Of a DNA stretch of 64,000 bases, positions 51,031 through 63,180 are shown in pieces. The translations under genes and the position numbers were made by a program. A model generated the notes under the pieces. That model was given only the letters and a program-made list of their open reading frames with translations. It did no database searches and was not told the origin of the DNA. The stretch is from Pristiophorus japonicus (Eukaryota). Each line of letters starts with the position of its first letter. Within the stretch, counting starts at the first letter, position 1. Location of the stretch: positions 63,178,001 through 63,242,000 of the forward strand of contig NC_091998.1 in NCBI RefSeq assembly GCF_044704955.1. Direction: 5' to 3'.

Positions 51031-52363
51031 TCTTACGCAAAATAATCTACCATCCTCCCAGCTTGTGGCATATTGTCAACAAACACTTATGACTAACTCA
51101 AGAAGTGGTGTTGCAAGACTCAGAGATTGTAAACAGCTCTGTCAAGCTACTGCCAACTTAAAAAAACCAGGAAATAATAGCAGGGCTGAAAGGTAGGGTG
51201 TTGACACCTGTCAAACATTTGCCTAAAGAAAACGAAGCACAGTAAGGTGTGTAGATGGTTCACACAGTTTCCTTGTCAGTCAAGGAGGTGCACTGTGTTA
51301 ACAGATTTGTCCAGCCCATGAATACACTGGGCCCAGGACTCTTGCATCACACTGGTGTGCGCCATCACTCTTAAAATCAATAGTTTTCAGAGTTTTCTGA
51401 ATGATTGAAGCTCCTCCCCAAACATCGATAAAGTCCCCAGCTCTCCCTTCCCATCCTAACATGAAAGATACAGGCAGCTAACCAAAGAAATGAATAAAGC
51501 AACAAAAAAAAAAAAATCTGAAATTCGAGATAAATCGATAGATTAAATTGTCCCCACCCCAGTGATCTCCTCGTGGAATCTCCAAGATCAGGGACCCAAG
51601 GTTAAAAATCCACTCCTTCCGTATCTCTCGCATCTCCTCCAGCCTCACAACCCCCGCCACTGCCCCCCAGAGATAGCTGTGTTCCTCAAATTCTGGCCTC
51701 TTAACCATCCTTGACTTTAATCGCTCCGCCATTGGTAGTCATGTCATCAGCTGCCGAGGCCGCAAGCTCTGGAATTCCCTCCAAAACCTCTCCGTCTCTC
51801 CCCCTTTAAGACGCTCCTTAAAACCTCTTTGACCAAGCTTCATGTCATCTGCCCTAATATTTCCTTGGGTGGCTCAGTGTCAAATTTTGTTTTACTGCGC
51901 TCCGGTGAAGTGCCTTGGCACATTTTACTACATGCAGAGACCCTACGAGGAGCACCCCGTCTCCATAGGAGACTGGAAAAAGAAATGGATGAAGAGAAAT
52001 CCGAGAATGTGTTATATCAGACAGCGCTACACTGAGCTGTGCATGAATTATGCAGCGTCCTCAAGTCTTCTCTGGCAGAAGCGCAGCTTTTCACCAGTGG
52101 ATTCTGTTCACTGAAGAGAGCCATGCTCCTTTCTTATTTATGCTCTCCTGGGTCCCGGCCAATGTTTCCGCTAAACTGCGCGGCTGTCTGGAGGTCCCGC
52201 TCACTGGCTTTTAAACGGGAGAAATCCCACGTGCACGAATAGGTGATTTAACCTTTAGAGTGTGCGCAATTCAAAGAAACATTGTCCCCGGGCTCAGTCA
52301 CTCGTACAGTACAGCTCCACAAGCATTTGACCAAGTTAAAATTCATAGAAACATAGAAATTTA

Positions 52364-53435
52364 GACCCCAAGTTTCCACACGTGGCAAAACAGGCGCCTC
52401 TCCGAGCTGGGCGCCCGTTTTTCGTGCCGAAAACGGCACCTGAAAAAAAAAACCGCGGTATTCTCGAGCGCCTTGCAGCTCGATGTCTGCTTGGCGCGGC
52501 GCACAGGGGGCGGAGCCTACCACTCGCGCCAATTTTGTAAGTAGGAGGGGGCGGGTACAATTTAAATGAGTTTTTTAGTGCCGGCAACCCTGCGCGTGCG
52601 CGTTGGAGCGCTCGCGCACGCGCTGTCTGATGTAAACATTGGCACTCGGCCATTTTAAAAAGTGCTGCAGAAAAAGTGAAAATTTGTTTACTGAACCCTT
52701 GCAAAGGCTTGTATTTTAATTTTCTTGATATTTCTGTGTGTGAGGGTGAGGGAGTGCATTCTGTCATTAAAGATAGACTGTGATAAACGGAACACATGCA
52801 CTTGTTTGAGACTATTCAAATTCTTTGTAGCTGTTCAATTTTTAAAATTTTTTAATAAAACCACATTGCCCTTCCATGATCAGCACTGAGGCCTCTTCCA
52901 GCTTTCTCTCCCTGCCGTCGGTCGGTCCCGACGGCAAACCGCTGCCTGAAAGGCCTGTCTGAAGCACTTTCACACAGGTAGGAACATGGTTTATTTAATC
53001 TTTTCTTTGCTTATAAATTTTTATTCAGGTTGGATTTATTTGTATAATATTTGTATAAGTATAACTAAGGATTTATTGTAGAATGTAATGACTTCCCTTC
53101 CCCCCCCCACCTCCCACCTCGTTCCCGACGCCTAATTTGTAACCTGCGCCTGATTTTTTAATGTGTAGACAAGGTTTTTTCAAGCCTACAAAAATCTTCA
53201 CTTGCTCCATTCTAAGTTAGTTTGGAGTATGCTTTCACTGTGGAAACTTTCAAATCAGGCGTCAGTGGCCGGACACGCCCCCTTTTGGAAAAAAAATTCT
53301 GTTCAAAAGTGAAACTGTTCTACCTGACTAGAACTGCAGAAAACTTAAATGTGGAGAATTCCGATTTCTAAGATACTCCGTTCTCCACCAGTTGCTCCTA
53401 AAAATCAGGAGCAAATCATGTGGAAACTTGGGGCC
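52364..53435. mobile_element. Non-autonomous PIF/Harbinger-like DNA transposon (1072 bp)
   Basis: 17-bp TIRs gaccccaagtttccaca and tgtggaaacttggggcc (1 mismatch). TTA TSD at 52361-52363 and 53436-53438. It splits a CR1 tail (catagaaattta|cagtgcaggaggaggccat). Confidence 0.85.
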
Positions 53436-53438
53436 TTA

Positions 53439-54070
53439 CAGTGCAGGAGGAGGCCATTTCTGCCCATCGCGTCCACGCCAGCCGACAAAGGGCCGCAAGA
53501 CCCTCGGTCAGCAGCCCCGAAGGTTACATATAAACCTATGAACAATGACGGAAAGGCAAAGAGCACCCAGCCCAACCAGTCCGCCTCACACAACTGCGAC
53601 ACCCCTTATACTGAAACATTCTACACTCCACCCCAACCAGAGCCATGTGATCTCCTGGGAGAGGCAAAAACCAGATAAAAACCCAGGCCAATTTAGGGAG
53701 AAAAAAATCTGGGAAAATTCCTCTCCGACCAAAACTAGTCCAGGAGATCACCCTGGCTGTATTCGATTCCCTGCAGTACTTACCATTATATCTGCGCTGG
53801 TCAACAAAAGGTCATCCAGTCTAATCCCAATTACCAGCTCTAATTCCGTAAAGTGCAGTAACCTGCAGGATTAAGTGCCCACCCAACATCTTTTAAAAGT
53901 CGTAAGGGTTTCTGCATCCACCACTCTTCCAGGCAACGAGTTCCAGATCCCCACAACTCTCTACGTAAAGAAGCCCCCCCGCCCCCTCAAATCCCCTTTA
54001 AACCCCTCCACCAATGGAAATAGGCCCTTACTATCCACTATGTCCAGGTCCCTCAATATTTTGTACACCT
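53439..54070 (-). mobile_element. CR1-type 3' end with an extended 3' UTR; relatives at 20630-21295 and 29050-29400
   Basis: ccactcttccaggcaacgagttccagatccccacaac, plus shared ccatgtgatctcc and ctccacccc motifs. Confidence 0.6.
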
Positions 54071-54544
54071 TCTTCACAGGCGGAGTGGGGGTGGAGTGTA
54101 TATGTTGTCATACACACGGTATCGCAATTGTGTGGAACAGGCTCGAAGGACCAGATGGTCTTCACCTGTCCGTGATCATTCGTACGGGTCAGGTACAGGA
54201 AGCTGCATTGATCATCGCCCCTCCCCTAGTCTGTGGATGCTGCCATTCCCCCCCCCCAACCAAGTCTGTGGGTGCTGCCCCCTAACCTTCCCTCACCCGA
54301 GGCTTCCCCCAACACGGAAAACCTGGCAAAGGCAATGGGAAACACAGCAGCAGACAAGGCACATACTGCTGCGAGAGCCTTTGACATTATCCAAAGCAGT
54401 GGGAAATTCAGTGCGGAATATACCCAAGAACCGGGGAGGCAAACACAGTGTGTGTGTCCGCAACACATAGTGGCAAAACTGCACCTTGTGCAACTGGGCA
54501 GTACAAGGGACGGAATCAACGCTAGATCTACACCACACGTCGAG

Positions 54545-55140
54545 TTGAATTGTGTATTTATACAGCAGCTTTAACACAGAAAACATCCTAAGGCACTTCA
54601 CAGGAGTGCCATCAGACAGAAACCAGCACTGAACCAAAGGAGGAAATATTCGGACAGGTGACAAAGCTTAGTCAAAGGAGGTAGGTTTAAGATGAGTCTT
54701 AACAGAGTTAGAGAGAGGCGGAGAGGTTTAGGGAGGGAATTCCAGAGCTTAGGGCTGAGACAGCTGAAGGCACCGCCACCAATGATGGTGCGAAGGAAGT
54801 CAGGGATATCCAAGAGGCCAGAATTGGAAGACCGCAAAGACCTTGGAGCACCATGATTTTTGGGGGCCACGCAACCCCTTTAACGATAATTGAAGAAAAC
54901 CAGGGGGAAATGTGGAGAATTTTTTCTACGCAGCGAGTTATGATGATCTGGAACGTGCTGCCTGAAAGGGTGGAGGAGGCAGATTCAGTAATAACTATCA
55001 AAAGGGAATTGGATAAATACTTGAAAAAGGAAAGATTTGCAGGGCTATGGGGAAAGGGCAGGGGAGTCGGACTAATTTCAAAGAGCTGACAGAGGCATGA
55101 TGGGACGAAATGGCCTCCTTCTGTGTCATATGATTCAATG
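54545..55140. mobile_element. L2 3' end (-, 54545-54850) adjacent to a CR1 3' end (+, 54880-55140)
   Basis: GGGAFSCLSPKLWNSLP; FSTQRVMMIWNVLPERVEEA. Confidence 0.75.
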
Positions 55141-55799
55141 AGGAACCTGATGTCATGTCTTTGGATGATGTCGCCAAGGAGCAGCATGTAGATTAGCAAT
55201 AGGAAGGAGCCAGGGATAGATCCTCAGGGGATTCGAGGTAATGGATATACGGCACAGAAACCGGCCATTCAGCCCAACCAATCCATGCCGGAAGCAGGAA
55301 GAGAAGCCATTCTCTGGTTATGACGGAACAGGCAAGAGTGGCACGAACACAGAATGGACTGTACAACTCTGCCCAATCTATAGTGATCTTTTAAGTGGTG
55401 CACATCAGCTTCAACCTCTGCAAACCGAACAATGCAAGTTCAGAAGAAAACAAATCGAGACAAACTGAAGCTCATTTTCGAATGATGGGGTTTCCTGCCC
55501 CAAGTAAGTTACTTCTCTCCTTATCCTTAAGATCTTGATTAACTCATTGGAGACATATTCTACCAGTGCCAAAATCCTCGATCTCGCGCCAGTGGCTGGC
55601 ACTCGGGTCAGTGCCAGCAGGTTAGCTGCCGGCAAACCCCGATTTGGTTCTCAGCTTGCAGTTAGTTGCAACGCTGTTGCTCAGTGACCAAGCACGGCCA
55701 AGACTAAAACTCCACACAGACACAGGATCAAAGGATGCGAGCAGTAAAACCCTCTAACACTACACTACTCAAAAAGAAAACAGTAACGATGTACCATTA

Positions 55800-56215
55800 A
55801 AAAAGACTTGCATTTATCTAGTGCCTTTCATAACCACCGGACCTCCCAAAGTGCTTTACAGCCAAACGTACTTAAAAAATAAAGTGTGGTCACTGTTGTA
55901 ATGTAGGAAATGCGGCAGCCAATTTGAGCACAGCAAGCTCCCACAAACAGCAATGTGATAATGACCAGATAATCTGTTTTAGTGATATCGATTGAGGGAT
56001 AAATGCTGGCCAGGACACCGGGGATAACTTCCCCATTTCTTCTTCGAAATGGCGTCATGGGATCGTTTATATCGACCAGAGAGCGCAGACGGGGACTCGG
56101 TTTAGTGTCTCATCCGAAAGACGGCACCTCTGACAGTGCAGCACTCCCTCAGCACTGCACTGGAGTGTCAGCCTGGAATTGTGTGACTCAAGGAGGCGAA
56201 GATGTTACCCACTGA
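55800..56215 (-). mobile_element. DeuSINE/SacSINE1-like SINE
   Basis: Tail and core present; head partly deleted. Confidence 0.85.
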
Positions 56216-56244
56216 GACAAACATTGCAACTGCCCCCAGATCTC

Positions 56245-56360
56245 AATATAAAAACAGAAAATGCTGTTAACTCTGCTTCCTCTCCAAAGATGCTGCCTGA
56301 CCTGCTGAGATGTCCAGCATTTTCTGTTTTTATTCCAGCATCCGCAGTATTTTGTTTTCC
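56245..56360. mobile_element. Penelope-derived short inverted-repeat remnant
   Basis: at(a)aaaacagaaaatgctg ... cagcattttctgtttttat flank gttaactctgcttcctctccaaagatgctgcctgacctgctgag. Confidence 0.6.
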
Positions 56361-56487
56361 TCCGTGTTTTATGCTTTTACCCCCAAATCTCAATCGCTGG
56401 TAGCAAGGCAAAAGAGAGATGCACAACCACACAGCAACCTGCACAAAACAATCAAGCAAGAGCCAAGACTTCCCCCCCAAAAAAAGG

Positions 56488-57198
56488 GTGTCATGGTATA
56501 TCAGTCATTGAAAGTTGGCATGCAGGTACAGCAGGCGGTGAAGGCGGCAAATGGCATGTTTGCCTTCATAGAAAGAGGATTTGAGTATAGGAGCAGGGAG
56601 GTCTTACTGCAGTTGTACAGGGCCTTGGTGAGGCCACACCTTGAATAGTGTGTTCAGTTTTGGTCTCCTAATCTGAGGAAGGACATTCTTGCTATTGAGG
56701 GAGTGCAGCGAAGGTTCACCAGACTGATTCCCAGGATGGCAGGACTGACATATGAAGAAAGACTGGATCGACTAGGCTTATATTCACTGGAGTTTAGATG
56801 AATGAGAGGGGATCTCATAGAAACATAAAATTCTGACGGGATTGGACAGGTTAGATGCAGGAAGAATGTTCCCGATGTTGGGGAAGTCCAGAACCAGGAG
56901 TCACAGTCTAAGGATAAAGGGTAAGCCATTTAGGACTGAGATGAGGAGAAACAACTTCATTCAGAGAATTGTGAACCTGTGGAATTCTCTACCGCAGTGA
57001 GCTGTTGAGGCCAGTTCGTTAGATGATATATTCAAAAGGGAGTTAGATATGGCCCTTATGGCTAAAGGGATCAAGGGGTATGGAGAGAAAGCAGGAAAGG
57101 GATACTGAGGTGAATGATCAGCCATGATCTTATTGAATGGTAGTGCAGGCTCGAAGGGCCGAATGGCCTACTCCTGCACCTATTTTCTATGTTTCTAT
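56488..57198 (+). mobile_element. CR1 LINE 3' fragment inserted into the intron-1 minisatellite
   Basis: QVQQAVKAANGMFAFI..EYRSREVLLQLYRALVRPHLE; ends ttctatgtttctatg; satellite units on both sides. Confidence 0.9.
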
Positions 57199-58560
57199 GC
57201 ACAACCACACAGCAACCTGCACAAAGATAAAGCAAGAGCCAATTCCCTCAAAGAGATGCAAAACCACACAGCAACCTGCGCAAAACTAAAGACAAGATTC
57301 CCCCCAAACAAGATGCAACACAGCAACCTGCGCAAAAAAATAAAGCAAGACTTCCCCCCCCCCCAAAAAAGGAGATGCTCAACCACACAGCAACATGCGC
57401 AAAACTAAAGACAAGATTCCCCCCAAAAAAGATGCAACACAGCCACCTGCGCAAAAATAACGCAAAACTTCCCCCCATGAAAAAAAGCACAACCTCACAG
57501 CAACCTGCGCAAAACCAAAGACAAGATTCCCCCCAAACAAGATGCAACACAGCAACCTGCGCAAAAAAATAAAGCAAGACTTCCCCCCCCCCCCCCAAAA
57601 AAGGAGATGCTCAACCACACAGCAACATGCGCAAAACTAAAGACAAGATTCCCCCCAAAAAAGATGCAACACAGCCACCTGCGCAAAAATAACGCAAAAC
57701 TTCCCATGAAAAAAAGCACAACCACACAGCAACCTGCGCAAAACTAGACAAGATTCCCCACAAAAAAGATGCAACACAGCAAGTTGCGCAAATATCAAGA
57801 CTTTTCCCCCCCCCCCCCCCACAAAAAAGATGCACAACCACACAACAACCTGCGCAAAAATAAAGACAAGATTGCCCACAAAAAAGATGCAACACAGCAA
57901 GTTGCGCAAACATCAAGACTTTCCCCCCCCCCCACAAAAAAGATGCACAATCACACAACAACCTGCGCAAAAATAAAGACAAGATTGCCCCCAGAAAAGA
58001 TGCAACACAGCCACCTGCGCAAAACAATAAAGCAAGACTTCCCCCCCCCATGAAAAAAAGCACAACCACACAGCAACCTGCGCAAAACTAGACAAGATTC
58101 CCCACAAAAAAGATGCAACACAGCAAGTTGCGCAAATATCAAGACTTTTCCCCCCCCCCCCCCCCACAAAAAAGATGCACAACCACACAACAACCTGCGC
58201 AAAAATAAAGACAAGATTGCCCACAAAAAAGATGCAACACAGCAAGTTGCGCAAACATCAAGACTTTCCCCCCCCCCCACAAAAAAGATGCACAATCACA
58301 CAACAACCTGCGCAAAAATAAAGACAAGATTGCCCCCAGAAAAGATGCAACACAGCCACCTGCGCAAAACAATAAAGCAAGACTTCCCCCCCCCATGAAA
58401 AAAAGCACAACCTCGCAGCAACCTGCGCAAAACTAAAGACAAGATTCCCCACAAAAAAGATGCAACACAGCAATCTGCGCAAAACAATAAAGCAAGACTT
58501 CCCCCCCCCCCCAAAAAAAAAGATGCACAACCACACACAGAAATAAAGCAAGACTCCCCT
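57199..58560. repeat. ~40-45-bp C/A-rich minisatellite (aagatgcaacacagcaacctgcgcaaaactaaagacaagattccccc), ~1.4 kb; extra units at 56410-56487
   Basis: Seen directly; the source of the many Cys/Phe/Gly-rich pseudo-ORFs in the track. Confidence 0.95.
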
Positions 58561-58575
58561 TCCTTCCCCTCGCAC

Positions 58576-59691
58576 CTTGTTTGAACTCCTCCAGCATGGT
58601 GTCCAGCCGGGTGTCGTAGAAGACAAAGTGCAGAGAGTGGCTGTAGAACTTGGTGATGGTCTTGAGCGGGACGCAGTCGTCGGGGTCGACGAAGGCCAGG
58701 TCCTTGACGTAGAGGATGTCGACGATGTTGGACTTCTCCTGCTCGTAGACCGGGATGCGGGTGTAGCCGGTCTCCATGATCTGCGACATGGTGCCGAAGT
58801 CCAGCGTGGCGTCGCTGCCGACCATGAAGCAGTCGTGGATGGGGGTCATCACGTCCTCCACCGTCTTGGTGCGCAGCTCCAGCGCGCCCTGCACCATGTT
58901 GAGCTCGTCGGCGCCCAGGCCGGTGCGCGGGCCCGTCACCCGCAGCATCTCCAGCAGCTTGTCGCGGCCGTACACTTTGCCCAGCTCCTGGCCCAGCAGC
59001 AGGTCGAGCAGCCGGCTGACGGGGTACGACAGCGGGAAGGTGAGCAGCATGAAGAGGCGGGTCAGCGCGATGGTGCGCGCGCCCACCGCCAGGCCGTGGC
59101 GCGAGCACAGCGCCTGCGGCACGATCTCGCCCAGCAGCACGATGCCGCCCGTCGACACCGCCACCGTCAGCCAGCCCGAGCCCACCAGGCCGTCGAGCAG
59201 CACGGTCAGCGTGGTGTTGACCAGCACGTTGCCCAGCAGCAGCGAGCACAGCAGGTAGTTGCCCTGGCGCCGCACCGGCTCGATGGCGCGCGCGTACCGC
59301 CGCTCGGCCTCGGTGCCGCAGTTCTGCACGATCCGCAGCTCGGTCGGGTCGAGCGCCATCAGGCCCAGGTTGAGGCCGCTGAAGGTGCCCGACAGCGCCA
59401 GCAGCAGCGCCGTCACGATGATCTGCAGCCAGAAGGGCAGCAGCGGCTCGCCCTGCTCCAGCACCAGCAGGTGGGTGTCGTTGCCCGGGTGCAGCCGCCA
59501 AGCGACGCCGCCGCCGCCCGAGGATCCGCCGCCGCGGGTGCACAGGCCGTAGAGCCTCGACGCTTCGTTTTTGCGCAGCCGCTTGACCAGCAGCGTCAGC
59601 ACGCCCGACGTGCGGCGGTCCAGCTCGGTGCGACGCTGCACCTCGATGTCGCGCGAACGCCGCTGGCACGTCTCGTTCGTCTCGTTCGCCT

Positions 59692-59722
<31 letters not shown>

Positions 59723-59983
59723 CTCAGGCGCCAGCTCGACGAACGCCACCCGGCTCCAGGTCGCGGCGTCGAGGTCGCGGCCGAACACCCGCAGCCGCAC
59801 CGTCCGGCCCTCGGTCACCCGCAGCGTGTCGCTGTCGCCGGCCTCGGCCCCGCCGCCGCCGCCGCCGCCGCCGCCCCCCTCCAGCCGGATGCCGTAGATA
59901 CCCGAGTCCGAGGCGGCAATCGCGGCCTCCGCCTGCAGCAGCGCCACCAGCATATAGCAGCAGCCCGGCCGCAGCCTCGCCAT
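58576..59983 (-). CDS. CNNM4: CNNM4-like metal transporter, coding exon 1 (signal peptide, extracellular domain, DUF21/CNNM transmembrane domain, most of CBS pair)
   Basis: ATG in strong context (aagATGG) starts MARLRPGCC. Contains [57 protein letters not shown]. Ends EEFKQ-G at donor CAAG|GTGCG (phase 1). The track ORF 58433..60091 overruns both ends. Confidence 0.95.
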
Positions 59984-60560
59984 CTTCTGACATGAGCGCG
60001 CCGGGGGGGGGGGGTGCCTCCTCCCACTCCCTCTCCCGCTCCCGCCGCCCGGGGCACCTTTCGTCAGCCCGCCTTCCCTCACCCGCTCCATTGGACGCCG
60101 CCTCCTGTCAATCAGGACATCACCCGCTCCATTGGACGCCGCCTCCTGTCAATCAGGTCACCACCCCGCCCTGCCATTGGCCGCAGGCGCCCACCGTGCG
60201 TGCTCCAGCCAATCATCCGCCTCTCCCTCGACCTCTACCCCGGCCCCCCCCCCCCGCCTCCCCTTCCCATTGAACGACGCCGCCTGCCAATCAGGACTCT
60301 CCCGCCCTTCCCATTGGTCGCGCTCCAGGCACCCAATTGAAACCCCAGCCTGCTTTCTGGGCTTGCCTTTCATTGGTGGCTTCCGCTTGCCTTTTCAGGA
60401 ATGGGAGGCCAAAGTCAGCCGTGATTTGCTGTTCCATTTTCACTCAGCGAGCTGCTATTGGCTATCGGCGCTCGGGGGGACCTTCTCACCAATCGGCGCC
60501 CAGAATGCCCCATTGGCGGCGGTTTTTGATTGGCCGGCTGCGCTGTCAATCAGACGGACC
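58600..60560. promoter_or_regulatory. CpG island over CNNM4-like exon 1 and promoter
   Basis: Dense CpG and (GCC)n runs; nearly all third codon positions are G/C. Confidence 0.9.
60088..60555 (-). promoter_or_regulatory. CNNM4 promoter cluster of TGATTGACAG-N9/10-CCAAT elements and extra CCAAT boxes
   Basis: On + strand ATTGG-N10-CTGTCAATCA at 60090-60114 and 60131-60155 (41-bp duplication), ATTGG-N9-CTGTCAATCA at 60529-60552, and a degenerate copy at 60269-60293. Confidence 0.75.
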
Positions 60561-60704
60561 GGGCTCAATGGGCGGAGACAGTGTCTTAAAGGTGCAGGTG
60601 CCACATCTGGTCTGAATGAGTCACTGAGCCACAGCTGGAGGCAGAACTCCCTCCCCATTCAACACAAAATGCAGAAACAATTCTATTGGATGCTGCCTGT
60701 CCTG

Positions 60705-60712
60705 TGACGTCA
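60705..60712. promoter_or_regulatory. Palindromic CRE (TGACGTCA)
   Basis: Exact consensus about 720 bp upstream of the CNNM4 ATG, next to the CpG island. Confidence 0.45.
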
Positions 60713-60954
60713 CTGAAACAACGTCTTGCCATTGGCGAACGATGACATCATCGAGCTTAAATAAGTTTGTTTTGAATGCAAATAAAGTGGGAAGGTGCCC
60801 TGTGGGTGTGGCAGTGTGCTGCGTGAAGGAAGAACTGGTTTTATTTGTTTCAGTTTAATATTTGCAGCTTTCTCTTGTTATCCCTTAAAGTTTAAAAAAG
60901 TAACAAGTTCTGCTCAAAAACAGAAACTCCCTTTTAAAAAAAAAATTTGCTCCA

Positions 60955-62525
60955 GGACATGGGTGTCACTGGCAAGGCCGGCATTTATTGCCCATTCCCT
61001 AATCGCCCCTTGAGAAGGTGGTGGTGAGCCTCCTTCTTGAACCGCTGCAGTCCGTGTGGTGAAGGTGCTCCCACAGTGCTGTTAGGGAGGGAGTTCCAGA
61101 ATTTTGACCCAGCGACGATGGAGGAACGGCCGATATATTTCCCAGTCAGGATGGTATGTGACTTGGAGGGAAACGTGGAGGTGGTAGTGTTCGCATGCGC
61201 CTGCTGTCCTTGTCCTTCTAAGTGGAGGTCGCAGGTTTGGGAGGTGCTGCCGAAGAAGCCTTGGTGAGTTGCTGCAGTGCATCTTGTAGATGGTGCACAC
61301 TGCAGCCACGGTGCGCCGGTGGTGGAGGGAGTGAATGGCGGATGAGGTGCCAATCAAGCGGGCTGCTTTGTCCTGGATGGTGTTGAGCTTCTTTAGTGTT
61401 GTTGGAGCTACATTCATTCTGGCAAGTGAAGAGTATTCTATCACACTCCTGACTTGTGCCTTGTAGATGGTAGATGGTTGTCTAGGCTAACATCCCCAGC
61501 ATTGAAGCACTAACCACAATCTATCAGCTTCGCTGGGCAGGCCATATAGTTCGCATGCCAGGCACGAAGCTCCCTAAGCAATTGCTCTCGGCGGAGCTCC
61601 TTCATGGCAAACGAGCCAAAGGTGGGCAGTGGAAACGTTACAGGGACACCCTCAAAGCCTCCCTGGTAAAGTGCGACATCACCACTGACACCTGGGAGTC
61701 CCTGGCCGAAGACTGCCCTAGGTGGAGAAAGTGCATCTGGGAGGGTGTTGAGCTCTTCGAATCTCAACGCCGCGAGCGTGAAGAGGTCAGGCGCAGACAG
61801 CGGAAGGCGTGTGCGACAAATCAGTCCCACCCACCCCTTCCCCTGACGAATGTCTGTCCCACCTGTGACAGGGTCTGTGGCTCTCATATTGGATTGTTCA
61901 GCCACCAAAGGACTTACTTCAGGCGTGGAGATGATGATGAGATGGTGGAAAGGCTTTGGGGAGTCAGGGGGTGAGACACTCGCCGCAGAATACTGAACCT
62001 CTGACCCGCTCTTGTTGCCCCAGTATTTATGTAGCTGGTCCAGTTAGGTTTCTGGTCAATGGTGACCCCCAGGATGTTGATGGTGGGGGATTCGGTGATG
62101 GTAATGCCGTTAAAGTACAGTGGTTAAAGTGTCACTTGTTGGAGATAGTCATTGCCTGGCACTTTTGTGGTGCGAATGTTACTTGCCAGTTATCAGCCCA
62201 AGCCTGAATGTCGTGCAGGTTTTGCTGCATGCGAGCATGGACTGCTTCATTATCTGAGGAGTTGCAAATGGAACTGAACACTGTGCAGTCATCAGCGAAC
62301 ATCCCCACTTCTGACCTTATGATGGAGGGAAGGTCATTGATGAAGCAGCTGAAGATAGTTGGGCCTAGGACACAGTCCTGAGGAACTCCTGCAGTGATGT
62401 CCTGGGGCTGGGATGATTGACCTCCAACCACCGCAACCTTTGTGCTCGGTATGACACCAGCCAGTGGAGAGATTTCCCCCTGATTCCCATTGACTTCAAT
62501 TTTACTTGATGCCACACTCGGTCAA
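60955..62525 (-). mobile_element. CR1-group LINE (FADDCT subtype) RT and 3' end, interrupted by an RTE
   Basis: ITAGVPQDCVLGPTIFSCFINDLP..VGMFADDCTVF..WADNWQVTFAPQKCQAMTIS. Confidence 0.85.
61479..61939 (+). mobile_element. RTE-clade LINE 3' fragment with a C-terminal C2H2 finger
   Basis: LRWAGHIVRMPGTKLPKQLL..GKRAKGGQWKRYRDTLK..CPTCDRVCGSHIGLFSHQRT; gatgatgatg tail; agatggt TSD at 61472-61478 and 61940-61946. Confidence 0.88.
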
Positions 62526-62844
62526 ATATTCTGATAAAAGGTACCTTTTTAAGAAAGAAACAAAATAAATTGTATTTATATCGTGCCTTTCAGGATGTTC
62601 CGAGGTGCTTTACAGCCAATGAAGTACTTTTTGACATGTGGTTACTGTTATTATGGAGGAAACGCAGCCAATTTGTGCAGAACAAGGTCCCACAAACAGC
62701 AATGAGATAAATGACCAGATAATCTGTTTTAATAAATTTCAAGCCTCATTTGAAACCTAAGATTCCCTGCTACCTGTCTGCCAGTTATAAAAATATTTGT
62801 ATTCTGTAATGGTGAATGGGGAACCCTAAGTCCAAGGGTCAAAT

Positions 62845-63180
62845 ACAACAACAACAGCAACATAACGCCTTTAATGTAGTAAAACATCCCAAGGCACTTC
62901 ACAGGAGCATTATAAAACAAAATTTGACACCATGGCAGATAAGGAGCTATTGGGACAGATGACCAGAAGCTTGCTCAAAGAGGTAGGTTACGATGGACAA
63001 GGATGGTCACAGTTACATAGGATGTGACTTTGATTAGGGCTGTTTCGATACTGTGACAGGGGCGTAAACCTGATTGGAGGGATTCAGACATGGAGTTCCA
63101 GGAAAGAGGAGCACGGATTTGGGAGGCAACAGCACGTTCAAGGACTTTGGAGAGGAAATGGAGATTGGAGATGTGGAAGG
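62845..63180 (-). mobile_element. L2 LINE fragments
   Basis: (caa)n tail and family 3' sequence, then ttcaaggactttggagaggaaatggagattggagat. Confidence 0.65.

Noticed and set aside
57195-58560. Many Cys/Phe/Gly-rich ORFs
   Set aside because: Translations of a minisatellite in intron 1.
58296-59995. 472-aa (+) and 457-aa (-) ORFs overlapping CNNM4 exon 1
   Set aside because: Same GC3 shadow effect; the correct frame is fixed by CNNM motifs and splice phase.
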